Below the pieces are notes generated by a model that saw nothing but the letters and a program-made list of their open reading frames with translations, was not told where the DNA came from and did no database searches. A program made the position numbers and the translations under genes. From contig JAYWGM010000015.1 in assembly GCA_043778225.1 (NCBI GenBank), positions 55,031 to 119,030 on the forward strand: 64,000 nucleotides of DNA, written 5' to 3'. Below, piece by piece: positions 10,624-21,168 of this stretch. How positions within the stretch are numbered: position 1 is the first letter of the stretch; each line of letters begins with the position of its first letter. Source of the stretch: Deinococcales bacterium (GTDB lineage Bacteria; Deinococcota; Deinococci; Deinococcales; JAAFIG01).

Positions 10624-12093
10624 TTAATTTAAGACCAACTGCCCAACTCGTACCAGACCATCATCGCTTGGAATATCCTCAGGCAGAATGCTCGAAAGGG
10701 CTTGGTCAGAAATTTCATCGACGGTTTCTGCCACACGGTTGGCTTGTTGCTCGAGAATCCGTTCAAATAAATTGCGGGCAAAGCGGGCATTGCCAAAGTT
10801 TTTAGCCGGGTTTTCGAGGGCGCGTTCAAAAATAAGTTGACAAATTTGACTGGCTCGAGGGTCGAGGACATAACCATCATCGCTTGCCATCTTCTCGAGG
10901 ATAACCAGCAGTTCTTCAGCTCGAAAATGCTTAAATTCAAAAAACCGATTGAACCTTGAGCGCACCCCCGGGTTGGACTCAAGAAAACGCTGCATTTCGT
11001 CGTGGTAGCCAGCAATCACGACACAAAGGCGGGTGCGCTGGTCTTCGAGCCGCTTTAATAGGGTTTCGATCGCTTCATAACCAAAGTCGCGGTGTCCAGA
11101 CTCACCATCGCGTGGCGCAAGGGCATAGGCTTCGTCAATAAACAGCACCCCATCGAGCGCTCGGTTGACCAATTCATCCACTTTCATGGCGGTTTGACCA
11201 ATATAGCCAGCCACCAGACCAGCGCGGTCGGTTTCGATTAAATGCCCGCGTTTCAAAAAACCAAGCTGTTTATAAAGCCGCCCGACCAGCCTTGCGACTG
11301 TGGTTTTTCCTGTACCCGGAGGTCCGGTCAAGACCAAATGGAGGCTCATATCGGCGGTTTTTAAGCCGCGTTCTTTGCGCTCGAGTTGAACTCGTAAAAA
11401 GTTTTTGAGGTGCTTAAAACTCTGCTTAATTTCGCCTAAACCAATTAAGGTCTCAAGTTCAGCCGTGACGGACTCGAGTGAATCGGTATCGAGCGCTTCT
11501 AAGGCTGCTCCTTCTGGCAAAGGTGGCGGGGTATCGCTCGGGTCGTTGGTGCTGATAAATAAACTATGGAAAGCAACTTTATTGGCATGATAAACCACAA
11601 AGCCAGTATTTTTCCCGCTCACTTCTAACAATTCGCCAGCCCCATGGGTATGCACGACTGTGCCATTGATTAAAAAAGAAATGTTTTCGCCTTGGCGCTG
11701 TAGCTCGAGCAGATTGACTGCATTCCACTGATAAATCACTTCTGTACGAGTCCAAGCCACAATCACTTGATATTCGCCATTTTTATATTTGGCAATCCGA
11801 AAATGTCCATCGCCTGAAATCACAAATTCAAAGCAATTATTGGCGTTTTCTACACCCCACAAAATGCCGTAGCCGTTGTTGTCCACGCCCTCGAGTTTTT
11901 GGGTCACCAAATGTAAACGAAAGGCGGGTTTATCGTAATAATCGCCACAGTCTTTCCAAACCATCCAACTGCCTTCGGCTCGACGATGCTCAAAAACATA
12001 GCGCTCTGGCTCGAGCCGCAAAATATAATCGGCGGTTTCTCCAGTAAACCAGGCGTGCTGATTATCAGCAAAACGATCCTCGAAAATCACCAT
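10624..12093 (-). CDS. CbbX/SpoVK-like AAA+ ATPase with N-terminal beta-rich domain
   Basis: LIGL.EIK, HLVLTGPPGTGKTTVAR, DRAGLVAGYIGQTA, GVLFIDEAYAL, NPG.RSRF, FGNARFARN. Confidence 0.88.
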   Translation of the reverse strand: MVIFEDRFADNQHAWFTGETADYILRLEPERYVFEHRRAEGSWMVWKDCGDYYDKPAFRLHLVTQKLEGVDNNGYGILWGVENANNCFEFVISGDGHFRIAKYKNGEYQVIVAWTRTEVIYQWNAVNLLELQRQGENISFLINGTVVHTHGAGELLEVSGKNTGFVVYHANKVAFHSLFISTNDPSDTPPPLPEGAALEALDTDSLESVTAELETLIGLGEIKQSFKHLKNFLRVQLERKERGLKTADMSLHLVLTGPPGTGKTTVARLVGRLYKQLGFLKRGHLIETDRAGLVAGYIGQTAMKVDELVNRALDGVLFIDEAYALAPRDGESGHRDFGYEAIETLLKRLEDQRTRLCVVIAGYHDEMQRFLESNPGVRSRFNRFFEFKHFRAEELLVILEKMASDDGYVLDPRASQICQLIFERALENPAKNFGNARFARNLFERILEQQANRVAETVDEISDQALSSILPEDIPSDDGLVRVGQLVLN

Positions 12094-12178
12094 GGGTCTA
12101 TTCTACAAAGTTTTTGGCACAATTTTTTCTCATCCGATTTTGGTGGCAGACGATAAGAAATTTCGGTAAGCTCTGCCG

Positions 12179-12628
12179 ATGAGATTTTTTCTAATGGTTT
12201 TTTTGGCTTTTCTAGCGGTTTCTTGTACGCCCAATGAGCGAATTGTTTCTGAGATACCAAGTTATGCGGGGATTTATGCCCGAATCACGATTGAAGGTGC
12301 GGACTCCATCGAAAGTTTGACCCAAATTACGGTTTCAATGCGAGAAAAAGCAGCGGGTCATGGTTTTATTTTTCGGGCATATAACTCGGGCAGCACCTCG
12401 GTCAATGCCTTATGGATTCGGGTGGCTGGTCAACAGGCACAGACTTATTTTCGAGCAGATGAAATTCGTGAAAACGACAAGAAAAACCGTGTCGTATTTA
12501 CCCTCCTGACCGACCCAAGCCCACCACCCTTAAAAGAAGTTTTTAACGACAGCCTTGGCTCACTGCTTTCTGATTTGGCAGACCGCTTAAAGTTGCCGCT
12601 CAGTCAATTTAAGGTCGAACTGAGGTGA
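12179..12628 (+). CDS. Hypothetical lipoprotein
   Basis: Signal peptide with lipobox-like LAVSC; 4-bp overlap with tsaB. Confidence 0.65.
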   Translation: MRFFLMVFLAFLAVSCTPNERIVSEIPSYAGIYARITIEGADSIESLTQITVSMREKAAGHGFIFRAYNSGSTSVNALWIRVAGQQAQTYFRADEIRENDKKNRVVFTLLTDPSPPPLKEVFNDSLGSLLSDLADRLKLPLSQFKVELR

Positions 12629-13155
12629 AAATTTTGGCACTCGAGACCAGCACCCCGTTTTTGGTCTTGGGTTGGCTGGATGGCAGCAATCAGCGCGAAC
12701 AAGCACACCCTGTTGAACGCGCCCATGCCGAGCAAATATGCAACCATCTCGAGCAATTTAATGTGCCTCGAGCCGATTTAATTGCAGTTGGGGCTGGACC
12801 CGGTTCATACACTGGGGTGCGTCTGGCTGCCAGTTTTGCCCTTGGTTTGGCTCGAGCTTGGAACGCCAAAGTGGTGCGTGTCCCAACCCTAGAAGCCATA
12901 GCAGTCCAAGAAACTGGCATTGTGGCGGTCAGTGTCAATGCTTTTCGGGGCAATGTCTACAGTGCAATTTACGAAGTTGGCTCGAGTCTGACCACCCTTG
13001 TGCCACTCGAGAAACGCCCACGTGCCGAATTTCAAGCCCTGATTCCAGTTGGGGCGCAGCATCTCGAGGATGTCGCCCCGTCTGGAATTGGTTTAGCCCA
13101 ACTTGCCCAAAAGAGACTGGTCTCGGGTCAGAACCTCGAGTTGCTGTATTTATAA
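12625..13155 (+). CDS. tsaB: tRNA threonylcarbamoyladenosine biosynthesis protein TsaB
   Basis: MKILALETST, HAE, IAVGAGPGSYTGVR, VPTLEAIA. Confidence 0.9.
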   Translation: MKILALETSTPFLVLGWLDGSNQREQAHPVERAHAEQICNHLEQFNVPRADLIAVGAGPGSYTGVRLAASFALGLARAWNAKVVRVPTLEAIAVQETGIVAVSVNAFRGNVYSAIYEVGSSLTTLVPLEKRPRAEFQALIPVGAQHLEDVAPSGIGLAQLAQKRLVSGQNLELLYL

Positions 13156-13605
13156 CTAGCTGCCCCGACCGACCGTACTTTTATCGCTCGGTTTCTCGAG
13201 GGCAGTGCCAGTCGCGTTCATCTCTGAGCGCCCACTAAAAACCGCCCCAGATTCGATGTCGAGGGCTGTGGCTTTGACATCGCCAATCAGTTTGCCGCTT
13301 TTGGTGATTGTGATTTTGCCTTTGGCGACCACATTGGCTTTGACACTGCCATGCAGAATTAAGTTATCGCATTCGATATTTTCGCCTTCAACGGCTGCGC
13401 CCGCCGAAATCTCGAGGTTGCCTTTTATTGCCACATTGCCATTGACGTTGCCATCGCAACGCATTGCACCACTCGAGACCACATCGCCTTTGATGATTGT
13501 GCCTTTTTCGATGTAGGTGTAGCCAGCCCCTTGGGCGTTGGCTGCTTGGTTTTTTTGTTGCTGGTTGCCGCGTCCAATCATGATTCTCTCCAAAAAGTGG
13601 TTCAA
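13156..13605 (-). CDS. Bactofilin (polymer-forming cytoskeletal protein)
   Basis: Beta-helical repeats TYIEKGTIIKGDV...RCDGNVNGNV...L.IESGAVFSG. Confidence 0.88.
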   Translation of the reverse strand: MNHFLERIMIGRGNQQQKNQAANAQGAGYTYIEKGTIIKGDVVSSGAMRCDGNVNGNVAIKGNLEISAGAAVEGENIECDNLILHGSVKANVVAKGKITITKSGKLIGDVKATALDIESGAVFSGRSEMNATGTALEKPSDKSTVGRGS

Positions 13606-14576
13606 CGAGGTAGCTCGAGGCTATCAAATTGAGGACGTTGACGATTTAAGAAACTGCTGGGGTTAATCGGGGTGTTACCCACTCGGACTTCGTAATGCAG
13701 ATGTGGTCCAGTGCTGTTGCCCGTGCTGCCAACCAAGCCAATCAGGTCGGTACTCGAGACTTGTCTGCCAGCCTTGACATTGAGTTTAGAAAGATGCCCA
13801 TACAGGGTCTTATAGCCGTAGCCATGATTAACCACGATATGCAGTCCATAGCCAAGGCTGCTCCAGCCAGCCGTCTCGACCACACCCGGGGCAGTCACGC
13901 GCACATCTGCGCCGAGGTTGGTAGCAATATCCCAGCCAGTGTGCTTTTCGATTCGCCCATTGCGTGGCGAGGCTCGAGTGCCAAATCTAGAAGTGATTCT
14001 GCCGAGGGTGGGAAAACCTGCTGGGATAGCCGCTTCTTGGCGCATCTTGTCATCAAGCGGGACGAGGGTTTTGGCAAAACGTCTGTCGGATTGTTGCAGT
14101 AAATCATCGAGGGCAGTAAGCAATAAAAAAGGGTCTTTAATCTCGAGGTTGCTTGCGCCGCCGCCCGGTTTTAGGCTGGTTCGCTCGATTTTCGAGACCC
14201 CTGCACGATTTTCGACCGCGCCAAGCCGAGTTTCAAGCTCGAGTAAGCGTGTACCAAAGACTTGAGTTTTGCGGCTGAGGGCTTCAACTTTGCCTTTTTC
14301 AAGCCCAAGTTGGCGCTCGAGGCTGGCTTTGTCGAGTTGTAGCTTGGTTTTTTCGGCAAATAAGGCAATGTTGGTCTGGACACTGGCAGCCAAAAGTAAG
14401 GGTGCGCCAACTGCACCAATCCCAATACATAAGCCAAGCACCGCCACAACCGCCAACCATGTCCAACGAAAGCGCAAACGGTGCGATTGTCCACTGTCTG
14501 GAATCACCAAGACGGTCATGCCACTTTTGGTGGTTTTACGTTTAATCAGGCTATCGGTCGGTTTTTTCCAGAACAT
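13602..14576 (-). CDS. M23 family peptidoglycan metallopeptidase with TM and coiled coil
   Basis: ITSRFG.R..P, HTGWD, YGHLS, GSTGNSTGPHLHYEV. Confidence 0.92.
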   Translation of the reverse strand: MFWKKPTDSLIKRKTTKSGMTVLVIPDSGQSHRLRFRWTWLAVVAVLGLCIGIGAVGAPLLLAASVQTNIALFAEKTKLQLDKASLERQLGLEKGKVEALSRKTQVFGTRLLELETRLGAVENRAGVSKIERTSLKPGGGASNLEIKDPFLLLTALDDLLQQSDRRFAKTLVPLDDKMRQEAAIPAGFPTLGRITSRFGTRASPRNGRIEKHTGWDIATNLGADVRVTAPGVVETAGWSSLGYGLHIVVNHGYGYKTLYGHLSKLNVKAGRQVSSTDLIGLVGSTGNSTGPHLHYEVRVGNTPINPSSFLNRQRPQFDSLELPR

Positions 14577-14611
14577 CGCCCGTAGAGTCTAGCCTAAAAT
14601 TTGGCTGGGGG

Positions 14612-14860
14612 CTAGGTTTTTTGCACACGCCAAGCCTCGGGAATACTTTGACTCGAGACCAAGAGAATTTCGGCTTGGTACTGGGCTGTGCCATCGCGCA
14701 ACATGGTATTGAGTTCTCGTTCAATATTTTGCTGAATTCGGCGCAGCATCGTGCTTTCGGTATTTTCTAGTCCGCGAGATGCCAAAAAGTCACGGTGAAA
14801 CTTAGGGAGTTCTTCGAGCGGAATGCTTGCTTCTAGTTTGCGCCAATCTATCCATTGCAT
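14612..14860 (-). CDS. Hypothetical protein
   Basis: 82-aa ORF fills the gap in the same orientation as the M23 gene; a TAGACT -10-like hexamer lies just upstream. Confidence 0.6.
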   Translation of the reverse strand: MQWIDWRKLEASIPLEELPKFHRDFLASRGLENTESTMLRRIQQNIERELNTMLRDGTAQYQAEILLVSSQSIPEAWRVQKT

Positions 14861-14986
14861 AAGTTCAGTCTAGTCTATGAAAATTTAATCAGCATAAACT
14901 TTTCACGAATTAGATAATCGTGAATCTATTCACATAACTATATCAGTTCTTTTGAGCTTCTTAGCATCAAGATTTCCAAATAAGAG

Positions 14987-15754
14987 GTGTGGTACAAATC
15001 TATCAAAACAGGTATAGTGCTGCTCGTGGCAGATGACAAAGATCGTCCGGTGTACGTCATCAGCGTGGCAGCCGACCTCGTGGAGATGCACCCGCAAACC
15101 TTGCGATTATATGAGCGCAAGGGCTTAATTCGTCCTGGGCGCTCGAGTGGCAAGACCCGCTTGTACTCCGAGCGCGACATCGAATACTTGCGCGAAATTC
15201 GTCGGCTTACCCAAGAACTTGGTGTGAACTTGGCGGGGGTCGAAGAAATCATGAAGTTGCGCTTTGAACTTGACGAAGTGCAGACCAAATTTGAAGGCGA
15301 AATTTATCGGCTCGAGGGGGCAATTCGTGCTGAATTCGATGCCCAAATTGCCAGCGTTGAGTCCGACGACCCCAAAGACAAAGGCGTTTTTGTGATTAGT
15401 GTAGCTGCCGACTTGGTGGATATGCACCCACAGACCTTGCGCCTTTATGAGCGTAAAAACCTGATTCGCCCCAAGCGCTCGAGTGGTAAAACCCGTTTGT
15501 ATTCCGAGCGCGATGTGCTGCACTTAAAAGACATCAAACGCCTGACCCAAGAACTTGGCGTAAATCTGGCTGGCGTAGAAGAAGTGATGCGTTTGCGCTT
15601 TGAACTCGATGATGCCCAAGACCGACTCGAGCGCGAAGCCTTGCGTCTGCAACAAGAAATTGCCGACCGCATCGAACTGATGAAAGGTCATTCGTTGCCA
15701 TCTTCAAAACCACCACCTAAAACAAAGCCTAAACGCAGTAAAAAGATAACTTAG
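14987..15754 (+). CDS. hspR: Heat-shock repressor HspR, tandem two-MerR-domain form (true start may be a GTG slightly downstream)
   Basis: Two copies of [39 protein letters not shown]...[14 protein letters not shown]. Confidence 0.9.
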   Translation: MWYKSIKTGIVLLVADDKDRPVYVISVAADLVEMHPQTLRLYERKGLIRPGRSSGKTRLYSERDIEYLREIRRLTQELGVNLAGVEEIMKLRFELDEVQTKFEGEIYRLEGAIRAEFDAQIASVESDDPKDKGVFVISVAADLVDMHPQTLRLYERKNLIRPKRSSGKTRLYSERDVLHLKDIKRLTQELGVNLAGVEEVMRLRFELDDAQDRLEREALRLQQEIADRIELMKGHSLPSSKPPPKTKPKRSKKIT

Positions 15755-17067
15755 GCTTGGCGCTCGAGCCACCAGCCAAGCTCGAGGGCGGTGCTGTCGT
15801 CACCTCGAGCCGCCACAATTTGTAAACCTACGGGTAAGCCAGATTCGCTGGTAAACGGCACAGAAAGTGTTGGTAAGCCCACCAAACTAAAAGGTAAGGT
15901 CAGTTCGATAAAAGCATCGCGGTGTGTTTTTATGCCAGACTCGAGCAGCACTTCTTGTGTGCCGCGAATCGGTGCAGCCAGTGGCGCAGTTGGTAGCACC
16001 AGTGCATCTATTTGGTGCAGTGTGTTCTCGAGTCCAGAGCGCACCAAACGGCGTTCGGTTCGAGCTTGTAAGTAGGCACTGACGGTGGTCTGTCTCCCAG
16101 CTTCAAGGGCGGGTAGGATATTTACCGAAAAGCTTTGTGGCTCACTTTCCAATGCCAGACGATGCACAAAAGCGGCTTCTGCCCGAACAATCGTGCTGTA
16201 GCAACCACTGGCTAAATCCAGATGCTCGGGTTGCACATCAATAATCGTTGCGCCAGCTTTTTTGAATTGCTCGAGTTTGGCTTCAAAATCAGTCCTGACC
16301 GAATCTCCTAGCCGTCCCTCGAGCCAATGCCGTGGTACACCGAGCCGAATTCCTGCTAAGTTGTTGAGGTGGCGCAACGGCAAATTGCGGTGCGCCAAAA
16401 CCTCAAGCATCGTGTGGGCATCGGTCACAGAGTTGCTTAAAATCCCAGCGTGGTCACAGGTGGTGCTTAAATTCAGTGCGCCATCCAGAGGAATCCAGCC
16501 AAAGGTTGGCTTAAAGCCAACAATCCCACAAAAACTGGCTGGAATTCGCACCGAGCCACCCGTATCCGAACCCAAACTGGCAAGCCCAACCCCTAAAGCC
16601 ACCGCCGCCGCACTGCCACTGCTCGAGCCTCCAGCTTGTCGGGTTGAGTCGAGTGGATTTTTAACATCGCCCGTGGCGAAATTCTCGCCAGTAATCCCCA
16701 AAGCAATTTCGTGCATATTGACTTTTCCAAGAATAATCGCGCCAGCCTCGATTAGATTCTGTACGGCGGCCGCATGGCGATTTGGATTTTGAAATTCGAC
16801 TGGTAAATTGGCTCGAGTTCCGCCCTTGGTCGGCATTTGCGCTACATTAAATAAATCCTTGACCGTGATTGGAATACCATGCAATGCGCCCGATGTTGGC
16901 TGTGCATCGGCGGCTTTGGCGGCGGCTCTGGCTTGGTCGGCAGCTAAATAGGCAAATATGTTTGTGTCAGTCTGCTTCTGGGCGTTCTCGAGGGCAGTTT
17001 CGACCAGTTCTAGGCTGGTAATTTTTCCGACGGCTAAATCGGCTCGGGTTTCTAAAATAGATTTCAT
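15751..17067 (-). CDS. Amidase signature family protein
   Basis: [37 protein letters not shown]. Confidence 0.92.
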   Translation of the reverse strand: MKSILETRADLAVGKITSLELVETALENAQKQTDTNIFAYLAADQARAAAKAADAQPTSGALHGIPITVKDLFNVAQMPTKGGTRANLPVEFQNPNRHAAAVQNLIEAGAIILGKVNMHEIALGITGENFATGDVKNPLDSTRQAGGSSSGSAAAVALGVGLASLGSDTGGSVRIPASFCGIVGFKPTFGWIPLDGALNLSTTCDHAGILSNSVTDAHTMLEVLAHRNLPLRHLNNLAGIRLGVPRHWLEGRLGDSVRTDFEAKLEQFKKAGATIIDVQPEHLDLASGCYSTIVRAEAAFVHRLALESEPQSFSVNILPALEAGRQTTVSAYLQARTERRLVRSGLENTLHQIDALVLPTAPLAAPIRGTQEVLLESGIKTHRDAFIELTLPFSLVGLPTLSVPFTSESGLPVGLQIVAARGDDSTALELGWWLERQA

Positions 17068-17129
17068 GCCATTATCGTACTAGAATTGGGTTAAAACAGT
17101 TCACAATTAAATAAGTTAGACTGACCACG

Positions 17130-18413
17130 ATGAAAGCGGTATTAAAATTCGTATTGATGGTGTTTGTTTTGGCTGGGTTGGCATTGGCGCTGCAACAGCA
17201 CCAAGAACCGCTTGCACCGTTACCAGAAGATAATGCTGAACTGACGGTTTGGAGTGTTGCTCCCGGACTCGATGAAATCGGACAGTTGTTCCAATCGCGT
17301 CACAATATCAGATTGCAAATTCGCACCTTTAACAGTGGTACTGAATTGTATAAAAGTCTGCAACTTGCTCTTAAAAACGGCGAAGCAACCCCAGATGTGG
17401 CACGGGTTGAGTACGCTTTTCTTCCTTGGTTACAGCGCCATAACGGCTTACTCGAGTTACCCAAAACCCCAGATTTTTTTGCGCCATGGGCAGCCGCTCA
17501 AGTTTCTAGCCTCGGGGCGGTTTATGCTGTGCCGCAAGACATCGGAGCAATGGCATTGGTCTACCGCCAAGATATTTTTGAGCGCTACAACGTAACTGCA
17601 CCACGCACTTGGGCAGATTTTGCAAGAATTGGCGAAACCTTGGCTGCCCGCAGCAATAACCAAATTAAACTGACCAATTTTGACCGCTCGAGTTTGTTTT
17701 TGGCTTCTTTGGTTTGGGCGCAAGGTGGGCAATTCTGGACTCGAGACCAAAGCGGCTATACCCAAACCCTCGATACGCCAATTTCGAGACAAGTTTTAAC
17801 GTACTGGGGTGGTTTAATTCGTAAAAATATCGTCAGCACCACCGCCGAGTACAGCGTTGAACATTGGAATGCACTTCGCAGTGGGCGTTTGGCTTCTGCC
17901 ATCGTGCCAGCTTGGGCGCTTGGCGCATATGCCCGTAACCTCGAGCCAGCCATTGCCAAAGGTGCAGTCTATCGCTTAGCGGCTTTGCCTAGTGCTGGGC
18001 GCAGCAGCACTGGAAATTTGGGCGGCTCGAGTTTGGTGGTCGCTAAAGCCACAAAGTACCCAAAAGCAGCCACGGCTTTTGCTTTGTTTGCCGCCACATC
18101 TGCCGAAGCCATCACCCAGCTTTGGACACAAGAAGCCCGTTTACCTGCCATGAAAACTGGTTTTGATTTACTCGAGACGACCCAAGCAGCCACGGTGGTT
18201 TTTGAAGAAAATCCAGCTAAAATTTACGAAGCCGCCTCTAAAGTCATTCCAGAGCGTTTTGAATGGTCGCCGTGGTTGCCGACGGCTGATGCGGTCTACC
18301 GTAAACTCTTTGATGCGGCACTCGAGAATAAAATTTCTTTTGGGCAACTCTCAGCCCTTTGGCAAAATCAAAGCCTCGAGTTGGCATGGCGAGAAGGTTT
18401 TGCGGTGCGTTAG
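17130..18413 (+). CDS. ABC transporter sugar-type substrate-binding protein (no permease adjacent)
   Basis: Signal peptide; VYAVPQD.G.MALVYR.DIF, PRTW.DF, GGSSL.V motifs. Confidence 0.8.
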   Translation: MKAVLKFVLMVFVLAGLALALQQHQEPLAPLPEDNAELTVWSVAPGLDEIGQLFQSRHNIRLQIRTFNSGTELYKSLQLALKNGEATPDVARVEYAFLPWLQRHNGLLELPKTPDFFAPWAAAQVSSLGAVYAVPQDIGAMALVYRQDIFERYNVTAPRTWADFARIGETLAARSNNQIKLTNFDRSSLFLASLVWAQGGQFWTRDQSGYTQTLDTPISRQVLTYWGGLIRKNIVSTTAEYSVEHWNALRSGRLASAIVPAWALGAYARNLEPAIAKGAVYRLAALPSAGRSSTGNLGGSSLVVAKATKYPKAATAFALFAATSAEAITQLWTQEARLPAMKTGFDLLETTQAATVVFEENPAKIYEAASKVIPERFEWSPWLPTADAVYRKLFDAALENKISFGQLSALWQNQSLELAWREGFAVR

Positions 18414-18467
18414 GCTTAGCTCATAAAACCACATTCTTTACTGCCTATCTCGAGGTAGAATCAAGGC

Positions 18468-19526
18468 GTGGGAATTCTTGTCTGGCTGATTATTATTAAC
18501 GTCGCGGTTTTTGTTCACGAACTCGCCCATTATTTGGCGGCTCGAGCGCAAGGGGTGAATGTTAAGGCGTTTTCAATTGGCATGGGTCCGATTTTATGGC
18601 GGCGAGATTGGAAAAACACCGAATGGCGGGTTTCTTTGCTGCCAATTGGTGGCTATGTGGATATAGATGGTTTAGCCCCAAACCAATACGACGACCAAGG
18701 CAGACCAATTCCACCAACCCATGGTTTTGCTCGTCTGGGCTATTGGGGTAAATTTGCAGTTTTGTTTGCAGGACCACTTTCTAATATCATTTTAGCAGTG
18801 CTTATTGTTGGATTTGCGTTTTTGGGACAAGGCAAAGCAATTTTAGGGGAACGAATCCAGCTTGGGGTACAACCCGCCTCTCAAGCCGAAAAAACAGGTC
18901 TTCGAACCAACGATTTTTTACTTAAAATCAACGGTCAAGTCGTCAAAGACACCGATACAGTCCGCGCTCATTTACAGACCAATGGTCAGCGTATTTTTAC
19001 GATTGAACGGGCTGGGAAAATTCTCGAGGTCAAGTTTGATTGGACACCGACCGTTTTCCCAGAACAAACCCGTCCCAAATTTGGGGTCTCGATTGGGCGT
19101 GAAGCGCGCTATGAGCCAATGCCGATTGGTGAAGCCTTTGGACAAAGTGCCACGACCTTAATCGGTGGGATTCCACAGTTTATAGAAGCCATTGTTGGCG
19201 GCATTTTCCGCACGGTCACATTGCAGCGCGATGAAAATTTGCAGGGTCCAGTTGGAGCGGTCAGTGCCACCGCCGAAGTTGCACGCCAAGGATTTTTTCC
19301 AGTCTTGTTCTTGGCTGGCGTAATTAACCTGTCTTTGGGTCTTTTTAACCTTTTACCAATACCTGGCTTAGATGGCGGTCGAATTCTACTCTCGAGCATT
19401 GTGGCTTTGCGCCGTAAGCCTTTTGCGCCCGGACAAGAAGAAAAAATTAACTTTGCTGGCTTTATTTTTGTGATGGTCTTTATTCTCTTGGTGACTGTCC
19501 AAGATATTAGTAAATTGGTGCGATGA
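18468..19526 (+). CDS. rseP: RseP-like M50 intramembrane metalloprotease with PDZ domain
   Basis: HELAH, FSIGMGP, LPIGGYV, AGP..N, NLLPIPGLDGG. Confidence 0.9.
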   Translation: MGILVWLIIINVAVFVHELAHYLAARAQGVNVKAFSIGMGPILWRRDWKNTEWRVSLLPIGGYVDIDGLAPNQYDDQGRPIPPTHGFARLGYWGKFAVLFAGPLSNIILAVLIVGFAFLGQGKAILGERIQLGVQPASQAEKTGLRTNDFLLKINGQVVKDTDTVRAHLQTNGQRIFTIERAGKILEVKFDWTPTVFPEQTRPKFGVSIGREARYEPMPIGEAFGQSATTLIGGIPQFIEAIVGGIFRTVTLQRDENLQGPVGAVSATAEVARQGFFPVLFLAGVINLSLGLFNLLPIPGLDGGRILLSSIVALRRKPFAPGQEEKINFAGFIFVMVFILLVTVQDISKLVR

Positions 19527-20173
19527 ATCCAGAGCCGCAACCAAAGATGATTACGGTTTTGATTCCGGCTTTTAATGAAGCCAAAACTGTGGCAAATGTG
19601 GTTCAGGTGGCTCGAGAAGCTGGTTTTTTGCAGATTTTTGTAATCAGCGACGGCAGCACTGACCAAACCGTGATTCAGGCTAAAAATGCTGGTGCAAAGG
19701 TTCTTGAACTCTACCCAAATCAGGGTAAAGGAGCAGCCGTCAAAGCTGGCGCATTGCAAGCCACGAGTCAGTATTTACTGCTGCTCGATGCGGATTTACT
19801 TAAACTCGAGGTGCAACACCTACACGCCATGCTCGAGCCAGTCCAACGTGGGCAAGCCGATACCACGGCTGGGCTTTTTGTTGGTGGTGGTGCAATCACC
19901 GATTTTGGCAACCGAGCCACACCACAATGGAGCGGACAACGCCTGATTCCACGCCAAACGATTTTATCAGCTAGAAACCTCGAGACGGCTGGCTATGGCA
20001 TCGAAGTGGCAATCAATGACCAGATTGCGCTCGAGCAATTAAGACTCGAGTACATAGACTTAAAAGGTGTCTCGCAGGTGATAAAAGAGCAAAAACTAGG
20101 GCTGATTGCTGGTTTAGCCCGCCGTCTTAAAATGTACTGGCAAATTCTGCGCTACAGCACCAGCAAACGCTAA
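19523..20173 (+). CDS. Glycosyltransferase family 2
   Basis: VLIPAFNEA, SDGSTD, NQGKGAA, LLDAD. Confidence 0.9.
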   Translation: MNPEPQPKMITVLIPAFNEAKTVANVVQVAREAGFLQIFVISDGSTDQTVIQAKNAGAKVLELYPNQGKGAAVKAGALQATSQYLLLLDADLLKLEVQHLHAMLEPVQRGQADTTAGLFVGGGAITDFGNRATPQWSGQRLIPRQTILSARNLETAGYGIEVAINDQIALEQLRLEYIDLKGVSQVIKEQKLGLIAGLARRLKMYWQILRYSTSKR

Positions 20174-21165
20174 TCGCGTGGTGTCTGGAAATGCTTGAGC
20201 AGCATCTTTGGACTTAAACTGAGCAGTGTATGCACCACGGCTGGGTCAAACTGCGAACCCGCACCACGCTCCAAACGCGCTCGAGCTTCGGGGATTGGCA
20301 ATGCTGCTCGGTACGGTCGGGTCGTGGTCATGGCATCAAAAGCATCCACCACCGAAATAATTCGCCCACCCAAAGGAATATCGCTTTCGCCTAATTTATC
20401 GGGGTAGCCCGTGCCATCCCAGCGTTCATGATGAGCCCGTACCATCGGTGCAACTTCATCGCCTTGAGGTAACTTGGCGGCGATTTCTGCGCCGTGAACT
20501 GGGTGTAAACGCATAATATCCCATTCTTCGGGGCTTAACGCACTGGGCTTACGCAAAATACTGGCTGGAACGGCGATTTTACCAATGTCGTGCAGCAAAC
20601 CAGCCGCCCGAACGGCTGCCACTTCTCGAGAAACCCGACCCATCTGCAATGCCACATGACCCGATAAGTAGCGCAACCGCTCGACATGAAGAGCAGTGTA
20701 CGGGTCGTGCTTTTCGACAGTTTGTGATAAAGACTTCATGATTCCATAATGGTCTTCAATGCCCAGACTTTGCAGGTATTTACGGCACATTCGCTCGACT
20801 CGAGTCCGAATCCCTCGAGAATTCCAAGGGGCAGCCACAACATCGTCTGCCCCAATCAATAATAAATGATCTTCTAAATCGAGTTGTTCGGCACTGAGCA
20901 TCACCAGAATTGGCACATTGGTGTGTGGGTCGGATTTAATGGTGCGAATTAAATGAGGCGTGTACCCCTCGGCGGGTCCTAAAATGACACCATCAATCAC
21001 ACCACTGGCACATAGACCAATCACTTCTTCGGGTGTAAAGGCTGGGATATAACTCATTCCAATGCTTTGTAACTCGAGAAACTCTGGGTTGAGAACTGTG
21101 GTGTCATAAGCCAGCACAGCCACACGCATTGGGCGATTGATAATCACATTATCCTCGTAGTTCAT
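20170..21165 (-). CDS. HD-GYP cyclic-dinucleotide phosphodiesterase with degenerate receiver domain
   Basis: DPYT..H, LLHDIGK, IL.KP..LS.EEW, HHERWDGTGYP, VVDAFDAMTTTRPYR, GAGSQFDP; N-terminal REC-like fold. Confidence 0.9.
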   Translation of the reverse strand: MNYEDNVIINRPMRVAVLAYDTTVLNPEFLELQSIGMSYIPAFTPEEVIGLCASGVIDGVILGPAEGYTPHLIRTIKSDPHTNVPILVMLSAEQLDLEDHLLLIGADDVVAAPWNSRGIRTRVERMCRKYLQSLGIEDHYGIMKSLSQTVEKHDPYTALHVERLRYLSGHVALQMGRVSREVAAVRAAGLLHDIGKIAVPASILRKPSALSPEEWDIMRLHPVHGAEIAAKLPQGDEVAPMVRAHHERWDGTGYPDKLGESDIPLGGRIISVVDAFDAMTTTRPYRAALPIPEARARLERGAGSQFDPAVVHTLLSLSPKMLLKHFQTPRD

Positions 21166-21168
21166 AGA

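Noticed and set aside
13156..14576. Bactofilin-M23 peptidase pair as a novel system
   Set aside because: This is an established, widespread cell-shape module.
19109..19759. 216-aa antisense ORF (and similar long antisense ORFs, e.g. 5370..5933, 16262..16792, 40251..40760, 63137..63592)
   Set aside because: These are shadows of well-supported genes on the opposite strand with no recognisable motifs.
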